A stretch of 64,000 nucleotides of DNA from an uncultured Actinomycetota bacterium (GTDB lineage: Bacteria > Actinomycetota > UBA4738 > HRBIN12). Under the pieces are notes generated by a model that searched no databases, was not told where the DNA came from, and saw only the letters and a list, made by a program, of their open reading frames with translations. The position numbers and the translations under genes were made by a program. The DNA lies in the NCBI GenBank assembly GCA_963784055.1, contig CAWAPY010000012.1, positions 174,865-238,864 of the forward strand. The letters run 5' to 3'. The stretch's first letter is position 1; every line of letters begins with the position of its first letter. Shown piece after piece: positions 48,077 to 58,392 of the stretch.

Positions 48077-48104
48077 TGAAGCCGGCACGGCGTCCGGCCG
48101 ATAG
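48077..48104 (+). promoter_or_regulatory. Sigma28-like promoter of the cpaB-tadC operon
   Basis: TGAAG-N15-GCCGATAG in the tadG-cpaB gap. Confidence 0.65.
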
Positions 48105-48144
48105 AGGAGACACACTCTGAGGATGGGTTGAAAGGAGCAAGAGG

Positions 48145-48939
48145 ATGAGGTCACGAGGTCTGGTGGTAGCGATTGCGATCGTGCTCGCCGTGGGCGCGGC
48201 TGCGGCCGTGGTTCTGTACACGCAAGGGGTGAAGGAAGACGCGGTGGAGGGCGGTCAGCTCACGACCGTCATCGTTGCGACCCAGGAGATCCCGGCCAAT
48301 CAGCGTCTGGACCCCCTGATCGAGCAGGGCCTGTTCACGGAGATCGACGTCCCCGCGGACGCGCTCGTCGGTGGGGCCGTCACCACCCTCGCCGAGCTCC
48401 AGGGAGCCACCACCACGACGCCGATCCTGGCGAACGAGCAGATCTCGACCTCCCGACTCTCTACCTCGGGAAGGCCCCTCAACATCATCGGTGTGAGCGA
48501 AGGCCACATCGGCCTCTCCGTGGAGCTCGATGCTCCTCAGGGCGGCGTCGGTAACATCCAGCCCGGCGACAACGTCGCAGTCTTCGCCACGTACCAGGGA
48601 GTCACATCATCCCCGGCAACCTGCGTCAGTACATCACGCAGCCAGCGGACGCGCAGACAGGCGGCCAAGAAGGACCTGCCCGACTTCACGGTGACACTCG
48701 TCCCGACCGTCCGGGTTCTCCGGATCCAGAACCCCCCGGTGGACAGCGAGACCGGACGGAGCGACAGCGCGCGGATCCAGGTCACGTTGGATCTCTTGCC
48801 GCAGGACGCGCAGAACCTGGTCTTCGCGCAGGAGAACGCGCGGATCTGGCTCGGCCTCCTTCCGCCGGATGAGGACGGGACGCAGCCACAAGCTTCGACC
48901 GTTCCGATCGAGCTCCTGCTTGGAGCGAAGCTCGGATGA
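48145..48939 (+). CDS. cpaB: Flp pilus assembly protein CpaB/RcpC
   Basis: N-terminal TM, SAF-like VIVATQEIPA, GVGNIQPGDNVAVFAT, VTLDL.PQDAQNLVFAQE..IWLGLL. There are probably compensating indels at 48600-48660. Confidence 0.88.
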   Translation: MRSRGLVVAIAIVLAVGAAAAVVLYTQGVKEDAVEGGQLTTVIVATQEIPANQRLDPLIEQGLFTEIDVPADALVGGAVTTLAELQGATTTTPILANEQISTSRLSTSGRPLNIIGVSEGHIGLSVELDAPQGGVGNIQPGDNVAVFATYQGVTSSPATCVSTSRSQRTRRQAAKKDLPDFTVTLVPTVRVLRIQNPPVDSETGRSDSARIQVTLDLLPQDAQNLVFAQENARIWLGLLPPDEDGTQPQASTVPIELLLGAKLG

Positions 48940-50157
48940 CGGACGCCAGCGTCGTCGCCGTCGGGACGCCGCAATCGTTCCGCCAACAGGTCGCCAGGGC
49001 CGTCGAGATGGGCCCGGACGAGGTGGGTTGGGTGCAGTCTGCAACGGCTGCAGAGGAGTTGTTGATCAACGCCTTCCAGCCCATCGACGTCCTGGTCCTC
49101 TCGCCCGAGGTCAAGGAGCCCGACGCGCTCGGCCTCGCCGAGTTCGTCGGGCGCCAGGCCCCCGGGACCGCCATGGTGCTGGTCCGGGATCACACCTGGA
49201 ACGGACTGTTGCCGGCGGCGATGCGGGCGGGTATCCGCGACGTCGTCGACATGACCCAGGGGACCGAGGAGCTCCGCGATGCCGTGGAGCGCGCGATCGT
49301 CTGGGCGGGGAACCTCCGCTCGGTCAACGTCACTGCGACGGACGGGCAGCCGGTCACTCGCGGCAGGATCCTGTCGGTCTTCTCCTCCAAGGGAGGGACC
49401 GGCAAGACCTTCCTGACGTCCAACCTGGCCACCGCGATCTCCGAGGTCACCGGGCAGGACACCGCCGTGGTGGACCTCGACATCGACATGGGCGACGTCT
49501 TCACGTACTTCGGCCGGGAGCCGACCGCCACGATCCAGGACCTGATGGAGCTGGGCGAAGGCGCCGAGCGCTCCCGGATCAAGCAGATCGGCGTCCAGCT
49601 GTCGGAGCACCTGTGGGGCTTCGGCGCCCCGCCGGACCCGGCGGCTGAGGCCCCGGCGGGCGAGGCGATCGGGAAGTTCCTGCGCGCGCTCCGCAACGAG
49701 TTCAGCTGGGTCGTCGTGGACGCCTCGGTGGACTACTCGGACTCCGCGCTGGTGTGCTTCGATCTGTCCGACGCGATCTGCCTGGTGACGGGCCTCGACG
49801 TCGTCGGCGTGAAGCACCTGTCCAAGTCGCTCGACACCCTGCTCACGATCGGCCTGCCGCGCGAGCGGTTCCGGGTCGTCTTGAACCGGGCGGACTCCAA
49901 GGTCGGCCTCGACGCCTCCGACGTGGAGCGCGTGATGAAGATCAACGTGGACGCGATGATCCCGTCCAGCCGGCTCGTGCCGACGTCCCTCAACAAGGGC
50001 CGGCCGGTCGTGCTCGACGAGCCCAACTCCGAGGTGGCGCAGGCGGTCCGGCAGCTCGCCACAGCGTTTCGCCGGCCAGGCCGAGATGGTCGCCGCCGGC
50101 GAGGCGGGGATCGACACCTCGAACAAGAAGAAGCGCAAGTTGTTCGCTCGAAGCTGA
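48936..50157 (+). CDS. cpaE: CpaE/TadZ pseudo-receiver plus MinD-like ATPase, frameshift near 50070
   Basis: Deviant Walker A SSKGGTGKT, VVDLD..GDV, VVLNRA. Removing one T gives the end ..NKKKRKLFARS* at 50157. Confidence 0.88.
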
Positions 50158-50201
50158 ACCTGAGGCCAAAAAGAAGGCAGAAGAAGGCAGAGGAGGCACC
50201 C

Positions 50202-51518
50202 ATGTCCCTGGCAGACAGGCTGCAGAAGGCCCAACAGAAGGATCGGATCGCCGAGGTCCGCATCCGGGTGCAGGAGCGCCTGGTCGAGAGCCTCGGACCC
50301 CGTCTCTACGACGCGACCCTGTCCGACACCGAGCTCGAGGGGATGGTGCATCAGCGCCTCCGCGAGCTCCTCGACGAGGAGGAGGGACCGCTCGCCGCGC
50401 AGGAGAAGCTCCTGATCGTCCGGCAGATCGGTGACAGCGTCCTCGGTCTCGGCCCGCTCGAGCCCTACATCCGCGACCCGGAGGTCACCGAGGTCATGGT
50501 GAACAACTGGGACACGATCTACGTCGAGCGCTCGGGCAAGCTGTTCTGGACCGGCACGAAGTTCCACGACGAGGGCCAGCTCCGCCGCACGATCGACAAG
50601 ATCGTCGCGAAGGTCGGTCGTCGCGTGGACGAGGCGAGCCCCATGGTGGATGCGCGGCTGCCCGACGGTTCACGTGTGAACGCGATCATCCCGCCGCTCG
50701 CGATCGACGGCCCCACGCTCACGATCCGGAAGTTCGCCGCCGACCCGTACCAGGCGGACGACCTGGTGGAGTTCGGCACGATGAGCTCGGCGGTGTCGAA
50801 GTTCCTCGAGTCCTGCGTCCGCGGCCGCATCAACGTGATGGTGGCCGGAGGAACCGGCGCGGGGAAGACGACGACGCTGAACGTGCTTTCGTCCTTCATC
50901 CCCGACGACGAGCGCATCGTCACGATCGAGGACGCGGCGGAGCTCAAGCTCCAGCAGCCGCACGTGGTCCGTCTCGAGGCTCGTCCGCCGAACATCGAGG
51001 GCAAGGGCCAGGTCTCGATCCGCGACCTCGTCCGGAACTCGTTGCGGATGCGGCCCGACCGCATCGTCGTCGGTGAGGTCCGTGGCGCCGAGGCGCTGGA
51101 CATGCTCCAGGCCATGAACACCGGTCACGACGGCTCGATCTCGACGATCCACTGCAACTCGCCGCGTGACGCCCTGTCCCGTCTCGAGACCATCACGATG
51201 ATGGCGGGGATGGACCTCGGCTCTCGCGCGATCCGCGAGCAGATCGCCTCGGCGATCCAGCTGATCGTCTACCAATCGCGGCTCAAGGACGGCACCCGCC
51301 GCTTCACGCACGTGACCGAGGTCGCCGGGATGGAGGGCGAGGTCATCACGCTCCAGGACATCTTCCTGTTCGACTACTCGGCCGGCCTGGACGATGAGGG
51401 TCGTTTCCGGGGCCGCCTCAAGTCCACGGGTCTGCGGCCCAAGTTCGTCGAGAAGCTCCAGGAGCGCGGCGTCAACATCGACCCTGAGCTCTTCGCGCTG
51501 GAATCGAAGGGCCGATAG
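50202..51518 (+). CDS. tadA: Tad pilus ATPase TadA/CpaF
   Basis: SD AGGAGG before ATG 50202; [56 protein letters not shown]. Confidence 0.95.
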   Translation: MSLADRLQKAQQKDRIAEVRIRVQERLVESLGPRLYDATLSDTELEGMVHQRLRELLDEEEGPLAAQEKLLIVRQIGDSVLGLGPLEPYIRDPEVTEVMVNNWDTIYVERSGKLFWTGTKFHDEGQLRRTIDKIVAKVGRRVDEASPMVDARLPDGSRVNAIIPPLAIDGPTLTIRKFAADPYQADDLVEFGTMSSAVSKFLESCVRGRINVMVAGGTGAGKTTTLNVLSSFIPDDERIVTIEDAAELKLQQPHVVRLEARPPNIEGKGQVSIRDLVRNSLRMRPDRIVVGEVRGAEALDMLQAMNTGHDGSISTIHCNSPRDALSRLETITMMAGMDLGSRAIREQIASAIQLIVYQSRLKDGTRRFTHVTEVAGMEGEVITLQDIFLFDYSAGLDDEGRFRGRLKSTGLRPKFVEKLQERGVNIDPELFALESKGR

Positions 51519-51521
51519 ACG

Positions 51522-52530
51522 ATGCTGGCAGCAGACACCTTCTTCTCGAGCCAGGCGATGCTGGCGGTCGTCGTCGCGCTCGTCGCGCTGGCGGCGTTCG
51601 CCCTCGGGTGGCTCCTGTTGGGGACCGCCGCTCGCGTCAAGGCGGACCGTGACATGGCGGCGAGGATGGCCGCGATCGGCCGCCCGGTGCCGCAGCAGAC
51701 CGCGTCCGCGGTCGGCAAGCCGGGCTCCGGCTGGATCCCCGAGAGCGTTTCGTCCTTCGGCGAGCGGTTCGCCAAGGCGCAGGGCTTCGGAGAGAAGCTC
51801 GATGCCCAGCTCGAGGCCGCCGGTGTCAGCCTCCGGTCGGGTGAGTTCGTGGTCGCTACCGTCGGGGCCGCGATCGTGGGCGGGGTGCTGGGCGCGGCGT
51901 TGCTTCAGGATCCTCTCCTGGCGGGTGTGATCGGTCTCCTCAGCGGGGTTGTGCCGATCGCTCGTCCTCCGGATGTCCCTCGGTCGCCGAGGGGACAAGA
52001 TGCGCGAGCAGCTGCCGGACGTCCTGACCATCATGGCGTCGTCGCTGCGCGCGGGACATTCGTTCCTCCAGGCGCTCGACACCGTGGCCCGGGAGATCCC
52101 GGCGCCAGCGGATGTGGAGTTCCAGCGGCTCGTGGCCGAGATCCGACTGGGCCGTCCCCCGGAGGATGCCCTCGAGTCGTTGGCGGACCGCGTCGGGAGC
52201 GCCGACTTCCGCTGGGCCGTCCTCGCCGTGAACATCCAGCGCGAGGTCGGCGGCAACCTGGCAGAGATCCTCGACAACGTGTCGGACACGCTCCGGGAGC
52301 GCGCGATGATGCGCCGCCAGATCCGGGTGCTCACGGCCGAGGGCAGGCTCTCCGCCTGGGTCCTGGCGATCCTCCCGTTCGGGATCGCCCTCTACATGTT
52401 CGCCGTCAACCCGGAGTACATCTCGTTGCTCTTCACCACACAGGTCGGCCTGATCATGTTGGGCACTGGCGGGGTCCTCATGGTCCTCGGGATCCTCTGG
52501 ATGAGAAAGATCGTGGATATCGATGTCTGA
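51522..52530 (+). CDS. tadB: TadB (T2SS-F family), frameshift near 51958
   Basis: QLPDVLTIMASSLRAGHS, IQREVGGNLAEIL, LTAEGRLSAWVL. Confidence 0.9.
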
Positions 52531-53467
52531 GGTCTGGTTGGTACTCGCTGTCGGATGCGTCGCCGGAGCCATCGTGCTCTTCGGCATCTTCTTCGACCTG
52601 AGCCAGTCCGAGCGCCGTCGGGCCGTTCGGATGCTCGAATCGCAGGTCGCGGGCACGTCGAGCGAGAACGTGAACCTCCGGGAGCAACATCTGTCCGAGA
52701 GCTTCGGCGCCCGGATCATCGTGCCGGTGGTCGCCGGCGCCACGAGGGTGGCTCGACGCGTCACACCGATCGATGCGCGAGATCGCCTCGCTCGCAAGCT
52801 CTTGTTGGCAGGAACGCCCGCGGGATGGGACGCGGAGCGCGTCCTCGCGTTCAAGATCATCGGACTGGTCTCCGGGATCGTCTTGGCGTTGGTCGTGGCG
52901 TCCGTCATCGGGGACGTCACCCCGTTCATCCGGATCGTGCTGTTCGGGTTGCTGGGATTCGTCGGGTTCGTTGCGCCCGACTCCGTGTTGAACCGGCGCG
53001 TCGACGAGCGGCAGAAGGAGATCCTCCGCACGCTCTCGGACACCCTCGACCTCCTGACGATCAGCGTGGAGGCGGGACTCTCGCTGAACGCCGCGATCGC
53101 GCAGGTCGTGCAGAACGTGCCCGGCATCCTCTCCTCCGAGTTCGCTCGGATGCTCCAGGAGATCCAGCTGGGCGTGCCGCGAGGCGACGCGTTCCGCAAC
53201 CTCGCCGAGCGCACCGACGTCGAAGAGCTGAACGCGTTCGCGCTGGCGATGATCCAGGCCGACGTCTTCGGCGTCTCGATCGCCAGCGTCCTGCGGACCC
53301 AGGCGCAGCAGCTGCGGATCAAGCGGCGACAGGCGGCCGAGGCGAAGGCGCAGCAGACGCCCGTGAAGATCGTGTTCCCGCTGATCCTGTGCATCCTGCC
53401 CGCGCTGTTCGTCGTGATCGTCGGGCCGGGCGCGATCCAGATCTGGGAACAGTTCATCAACGCGTGA
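52523..53467 (+). CDS. tadC: TadC (T2SS-F family)
   Basis: LSDTLDLLTISVEAGL, IQADVFGVSIA, AQQTPVKIVFPLILCILPALFVVIVGP. Confidence 0.93.
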   Translation: MSEVWLVLAVGCVAGAIVLFGIFFDLSQSERRRAVRMLESQVAGTSSENVNLREQHLSESFGARIIVPVVAGATRVARRVTPIDARDRLARKLLLAGTPAGWDAERVLAFKIIGLVSGIVLALVVASVIGDVTPFIRIVLFGLLGFVGFVAPDSVLNRRVDERQKEILRTLSDTLDLLTISVEAGLSLNAAIAQVVQNVPGILSSEFARMLQEIQLGVPRGDAFRNLAERTDVEELNAFALAMIQADVFGVSIASVLRTQAQQLRIKRRQAAEAKAQQTPVKIVFPLILCILPALFVVIVGPGAIQIWEQFINA

Positions 53468-53510
53468 GCGGGCTGTCGGCTCGCCCGCCGACCCGTTAGC
53501 CTCCCGCGGC

Positions 53511-54332
53511 ATGAAGGTCGCCTACCAGGGAGAGCCCGGCGCGTACAGCGAACGGGCGGTCCGCTCATTATTCGCCGACGCGGAGCCCCTCCCGTGCGAC
53601 ACCGTGCGGCACGCGTTCTCCCGGGTCACGAGCGGCGAGGCGTCCTTCGGCGTCGTTCCCCTCGAGAACTCGCAAGCGGGCTCCGTGAACGAGACCTACG
53701 AGCTGCTCTCCAACACCAGCCTGCTCCAGATCGTGGGGGAGTCCATCGTGCGGGTCGACCACGCCCTCCTCGGTGTGCCGGGCGCGCGTCTGGAAGACGT
53801 GCGCCGGGCGCACTCCCATTGGCAGGCCCTCGCGCAGTGCGAGGACTTCCTGACCTCCATGCGGATCGAGCCGGTTCCCGAGCACGACACCGCGGGTGCC
53901 GCCCGGAAGATCGCGGAGACGAACGACCCCGCGGACGCCGCGATCGCGAGCGTGGATGCCGCCGGGCTCGCCGGCCTGATCGTGCTGGCGGAGCGCATCC
54001 AGACCGAGAAGGAGAACTTCACGAAGTTCGCGGTGATCGGCGGGACCGATCCCGGGTTCGGCCCTGCGGACAAGACGTCGATGGTGATGGCGGTGCTCGA
54101 CGAGCCGGGGTCGCTCCTTGGAGCGCTGGAGCCGTTCGCGGCGCGTGGGATCAACCTCCACAAGCTGGAGTCGCGACCTCGGCACGGGGCGGCCTTCGAG
54201 TATCTGATGTACGTGGACTTCATGGCGGCGGTCGACGATCCCGAGGTGGAGTCCGCTCTCAAGGAGGTCCGGGAGCACACGTCCCTCCTGAAGATCCTCG
54301 GCTCCTACCGCTCCGCGGGGGAACCGGTCTGA
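53511..54332 (+). CDS. pheA: Prephenate dehydratase
   Basis: VAYQGEPGAYSE, VPLENSQAG, SH.QALAQC, NFTKF, ACT domain LESRP. Confidence 0.93.
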   Translation: MKVAYQGEPGAYSERAVRSLFADAEPLPCDTVRHAFSRVTSGEASFGVVPLENSQAGSVNETYELLSNTSLLQIVGESIVRVDHALLGVPGARLEDVRRAHSHWQALAQCEDFLTSMRIEPVPEHDTAGAARKIAETNDPADAAIASVDAAGLAGLIVLAERIQTEKENFTKFAVIGGTDPGFGPADKTSMVMAVLDEPGSLLGALEPFAARGINLHKLESRPRHGAAFEYLMYVDFMAAVDDPEVESALKEVREHTSLLKILGSYRSAGEPV

Positions 54333-54349
54333 CGGCTTAGCATGGGTCG

Positions 54350-55888
54350 GTGGCCCGTGCGAGTCGTGCGACGTCCCGGGCGCCGGTGACGAAGAGGTTC
54401 CCCGTCCTTCCGATCATCTCGGGCGCCCTCGTGATCGGGGTCGCCGTCCTGCTGATCGCGTTCATCGTGTCCCAGGTCGAGGACGAGCAGCACCGCGGCG
54501 GCCCGCTCAAGAACGATTCGCCGCCGGAGGGTGCCGCACCGATCAACACGGCGTTCGAGGGTCTGGTCACGTTCCGGGGCAACGCGGCGCGCAGCTACTA
54601 CGGCGAGGGGCCCGTTCCGCTGGATCCCGTGATCGGGTGGCGCGCTCCCTCGACCCGGCTCTGCTCGGTGTCCTTCGTGGGCATCGAGCGGAGCGAGTGG
54701 TGCGGGACCGGCTGGACGGGGCAGCCGAACGTCGTGGTGGGCGAGGACGGCTCGATCGAGGTCCGCGAGGGCGCCTACGACGGCATGTATCACTTCCTGG
54801 ACGGGCTCACGGGCCTCCCGCTGCGGCAACCGCTCGCGACCCGCGACCTCGCGAAGGGCTCGGCGACGACGGACCCGGACGGGTTCCCGCTCTACTACGT
54901 GGGCTCGCGCGATGGCCGATTCCGGATCGTGGCGACGGATCGCCACGCTCGCGGCGAGCCCCTCGTGCTCTGGTCGATCGATGGCGCCACGAGCGTCGAC
55001 CGGCCGCTCCGCAACGACGACTGGGACGGCGCCGCGCTGGTCGTGGACGACGTCCTGTTCGAGGGCGGTGAGAACGGGTGGCTCTACGTGATCCGTCTGC
55101 ATCGCGACTACGACGAGCTCGGGCTGGTCACGGTCGATCCCGAGGTCGTGGCGACCGTCCCGGGGTTCGACGACGAGCTCCTCCGAGCGCTCGGCGATAC
55201 CGAGGTCTCGATCGAGAACTCGGTCTCCCTCCACGAAGGGGTCCTCTACTTCGCGAACTCGGGCGGTCTGGTGCAGGGCTGGGACGTCTCCGACGTGCTG
55301 GCCGGCGGCTCCGAGCTCGAGCGCGTGTTCCGGTTCTGGACCGGCGACGACACCGATGCCACGGTCGTGATCGACGACGCCGGCGATCTCTACGTGGCCA
55401 GCGAGTATCAGCGGTTCGAGGAGCGGAGCACCGAGGTGGGCCAGCTGATGAAGCTCGACCCGTCGCGTCCGAGCGATCCGCTCGTGTGGTCGATCGACGC
55501 CCGGGAGATCGGCTTCGAGGGTGCCGGTGGCAGCTGGTCGACGCCGGCTCTCTACGGGGATCTCGTGTACTTCACGACGGCCGCGGGCCGCGTGCTCGCC
55601 GTGGAGCGGGGAACCGGCGACATCCGCTGGGAGCGACAGATCGGCGCCCCGGCGATCGGCTCGCCGGTCGTCGTGGACGGCGTGCTGATCCAGGGCGATT
55701 GTGCGGGGGACCTGTGGGCATGGGACGTATCGGAGCCCGAGGCGGATCCGGTGCTGCTCTGGAAGCTGCACTTCAGCGACTGCATCGAATCGACGCCGGC
55801 CGTCTGGCGGGGCTGGATCTACCTCGGCACGCGACAGGGGTACCTCTACGGGCTCACCGAGCGCGGGAGCGTCGACACTTCGCCCTGA
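54350..55888 (+). CDS. Membrane-anchored PQQ-like beta-propeller protein
   Basis: One TM helix, TFRGN, repeated Trp-docking blades (TG...W, SWSTPA, SPVVVDG, IESTPAVW). Confidence 0.75.
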   Translation: MARASRATSRAPVTKRFPVLPIISGALVIGVAVLLIAFIVSQVEDEQHRGGPLKNDSPPEGAAPINTAFEGLVTFRGNAARSYYGEGPVPLDPVIGWRAPSTRLCSVSFVGIERSEWCGTGWTGQPNVVVGEDGSIEVREGAYDGMYHFLDGLTGLPLRQPLATRDLAKGSATTDPDGFPLYYVGSRDGRFRIVATDRHARGEPLVLWSIDGATSVDRPLRNDDWDGAALVVDDVLFEGGENGWLYVIRLHRDYDELGLVTVDPEVVATVPGFDDELLRALGDTEVSIENSVSLHEGVLYFANSGGLVQGWDVSDVLAGGSELERVFRFWTGDDTDATVVIDDAGDLYVASEYQRFEERSTEVGQLMKLDPSRPSDPLVWSIDAREIGFEGAGGSWSTPALYGDLVYFTTAAGRVLAVERGTGDIRWERQIGAPAIGSPVVVDGVLIQGDCAGDLWAWDVSEPEADPVLLWKLHFSDCIESTPAVWRGWIYLGTRQGYLYGLTERGSVDTSP

Positions 55889-56853
55889 GCGCGTCGGGTC
55901 AACCCGGGAACAGGATCGACGGAATCCGCGGTGATCTGCGCGCTCCGGTAGGCGACGAGCGCCGCTGCGACCACGAGCAACGCCACCAGGCCGCCGGCGG
56001 CCGCGACCCGACGGATCGCCGCAGGCCGGGATGGATCGACCGCGAAGCCCGCGACGAGGCCGGCGACGAGTCCTCCGACGTGGGCCCGCCAGTCGATCAC
56101 GGGGATCGAGAAGCCGATCACCAGGTTGATGAGGAGCATCGAGAGGGCGGAGCGGAGCCTCGCTTGCGCCATCACGTGGCTCCGGCGGAGGTAGTTGTAC
56201 GCAACGAAGGCACCCACGAGCCCGAAGATCGCACCTGATGCGCCGACCGCGACACTGAACCTGGAGGCGAACGCGAAGGACGTCGCACCCGCGAAGACGC
56301 CGGTGACCAGGAACACCGCGAGCGTGGAGAAGCGGCCGATGTCCCGCTCGATCGTGGTGCCGAAGATCCACAGGACGTAGGCGTTGAGCCCCAGGTGGAT
56401 CACGCCGGCGTGGAGGAAGATCGAGCTGAGGAGCCGCCACCACTCGCCTCCCACGATCCCGCCGACGAGCTGCGCGCCGTTCGTCCCGGTGAACGGCACG
56501 AGTGCTCCTGCGTCGATCAGGGCCTGTCCGGTGGGTCCCTGGAACAGCGAGCCCGGCCCCCCCGCGATGACGAGCTCCCAGACGTACCCGATCGCGATCG
56601 CGATCAGCACGAGCTTCGTGACCGACGTCGACTTCACGTTCGCCACCGCGATCTGGCGGCCCGGGCCGCGCCGATACTCGCGCCGTGCCTCGGCCACGCA
56701 CTCCGGGCACTGGTGACCGACCGGCGCGGGGATCATGCAGTCGGGGCAGATGGGTCGGCCACACCGTGTGCAGTGCACGCCGGTCTCGACGTCGGGGTGC
56801 CGGTAGCACCGTTCCCGGATGGGCGGCGGGGGCATCGTGGGCGTCTGTTCCAC
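55846..56853 (-). CDS. Rhomboid intramembrane serine protease with N-terminal zinc finger
   Basis: CYRHP..CTRCGRPICPDC..CPEC; WWRLLSSIFLH, GASGAIFG, AHVGG. Confidence 0.92.
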   Translation of the reverse strand: MEQTPTMPPPPIRERCYRHPDVETGVHCTRCGRPICPDCMIPAPVGHQCPECVAEARREYRRGPGRQIAVANVKSTSVTKLVLIAIAIGYVWELVIAGGPGSLFQGPTGQALIDAGALVPFTGTNGAQLVGGIVGGEWWRLLSSIFLHAGVIHLGLNAYVLWIFGTTIERDIGRFSTLAVFLVTGVFAGATSFAFASRFSVAVGASGAIFGLVGAFVAYNYLRRSHVMAQARLRSALSMLLINLVIGFSIPVIDWRAHVGGLVAGLVAGFAVDPSRPAAIRRVAAAGGLVALLVVAAALVAYRSAQITADSVDPVPGLTRRAQGEVSTLPRSVSP

Positions 56854-56887
56854 CGGGCAATCGTACGTGGGGGGCGGTGGAACGAAG

Positions 56888-57858
56888 CTAGGCGTCCATC
56901 GGCGGGAGCGCCTCGAGGGCGGCTTCGACGTCCGCGGAGTCGAACAGCGAGCCCCATCGGTCAACGATGATCCCGTCCGCGCCGATCAGGTAGAGCCACG
57001 GCTCGGTCATCTCCGGGGTTCCGTCGGGCAGCTCGCGAAGGAGCCAGTCCGCGGCGGCCTGGTTCACGACCTGGGCCTCGGGCGGCTTGTATTCCTTCCA
57101 CACCTCGATGTGGATGTAGACGGCCCGGTCGGGGAAGGCTTCGGCCAGCCGCGCGAGCTCGTCGACCTCGGGGCCGCAGAAGCGACTCGTGCAGTAGGCA
57201 GGCGTCCCGATGAGCACGAGGGCCGGGCGCCCCTGGTCGATCGCGTCGGCGACCGTCCAGCGGTGGAGCTCGGAATCGGGGACCTCACCGCCGCCGTCCG
57301 CCCTGGAGTCGATCGCCCCTTTCCGGACCTTCGAGTCGATCGTCAGGTTCTCGGTCCTCGGGGCGGGGTCGCCGGGGGCAGGGATCGCCGATTCCTCGGC
57401 GACCGCGAAGGTTGCCGTCCAGCCGTCGGCCGACGCCGTCGATGTCGGCGGTGACCATGACGCGCCAAGGTCCCGCGTCGGTCGAACACGACGCCTCGGC
57501 CTCGTAGACGCCGTTGCCGGTGGAGAGCGTGGGAGCGCCGCCGGCCGGGCCACTCCCGGGGACCGGGAGGAACGTCCGCGGTCGCGGTCGGGCCTGCAGC
57601 GGGCTCGCCGCTCCCGTCGGTGCCGAGGTAGTCGAACGCGAGGTCGATGCTGCCGCCGGTGACGAGCCGGACACCCTCGGCGCTGCTGCCGAAGATGCCG
57701 ATCTCGCACGCGCTGGGGGTCGCCGCATCCAGTGCCAGGTGCTCGCCATCTGGGCCGAGTAGTTCGTGCCGAGGTCATCGCTCCCGTCCTGGGGCGCATC
57801 GGAGCAGGCCGCCGCCATTCACAACGATCAGGACCGACAGGAGGGCTCGAGCGATCAT
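56888..57858 (-). CDS. Lipoprotein with C-terminal thioredoxin-like domain, several frameshifts
   Basis: MIARALLSVLIVV..AAAC lipobox across frames; C-terminal IGTPAYCTSRFCGP..YIHIEVW..EPWLYLIGADGII. Confidence 0.6.
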
Positions 57859-57871
57859 CGCTTCCACCTTC

Positions 57872-58387
57872 TCACGGCCGGGGAGAAGGACCGGGGAGAG
57901 CTCCCTCGAGCAGCAGGAGGAACCGCCGCCGGTCGTCGTGGCGCCCGTAGCTCCCGAGGCTCGGTCCGGCGCGGACCACCCGGTGACAGGGGACGAACAG
58001 CTCGATCGGGGAGCGCGCGAGGGCGCTTCCCGCCGCCCGGCCGGCGCGAGCGGCGCCGACGCCCGTGGCCACGTCACCGTAGGTCCAGAGCTCGCCGTAG
58101 GGGATCGTCCGGACCATCTCCAGCACCCGCCGGATGAAGCCCTCTCCGATCGCCGAGAGGTCGGCCGGCGTCTCGAACGCTCGCAGCGAGCCGCGGAAGT
58201 AGGCGTCGACCTCGCGGCGGATCGGCGCGGTCCTTCGCGGGTCCTCCACGGCGTCGAGGTCATCGTCGGGGTCGTCGTCCTCGCCGAAGTGCGTGCGCAC
58301 CACGCCGGCATCGCCCAGGAGGATCGTGAACGGGCCGAGCGGGGTCTCGGTGGTGGTGCGCCATAGCGCCGAGCTCGCGTGCGCCAT
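57872..58387 (-). CDS. ogt: Methylated-DNA-protein-cysteine methyltransferase
   Basis: TPLG, IPYGE..TYG, RAAGSA, PCHRV active site. Confidence 0.9.
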   Translation of the reverse strand: MAHASSALWRTTTETPLGPFTILLGDAGVVRTHFGEDDDPDDDLDAVEDPRRTAPIRREVDAYFRGSLRAFETPADLSAIGEGFIRRVLEMVRTIPYGELWTYGDVATGVGAARAGRAAGSALARSPIELFVPCHRVVRAGPSLGSYGRHDDRRRFLLLLEGALPGPSPRP

Positions 58388-58392
58388 CGGCT

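Noticed and set aside
50171-50199. AAGAAGGCAG tandem repeat before tadA
   Set aside because: Only two copies plus the SD. It is best explained as a purine-rich translation initiation region.
48936-51518. Apparent 860-aa CpaE::TadA fusion
   Set aside because: One extra T near 50070. The corrected CpaE ends KKKRKLFARS* at 50157, and tadA has its own SD and ATG at 50202.
28697-56853. Island inserted between the normally adjacent ppiA and rhomboid genes
   Set aside because: The gene order on the minus strand is the reverse of the usual ppiA-then-rhomboid arrangement, and no att repeats or mobility genes were seen, so a simple insertion is unsupported.
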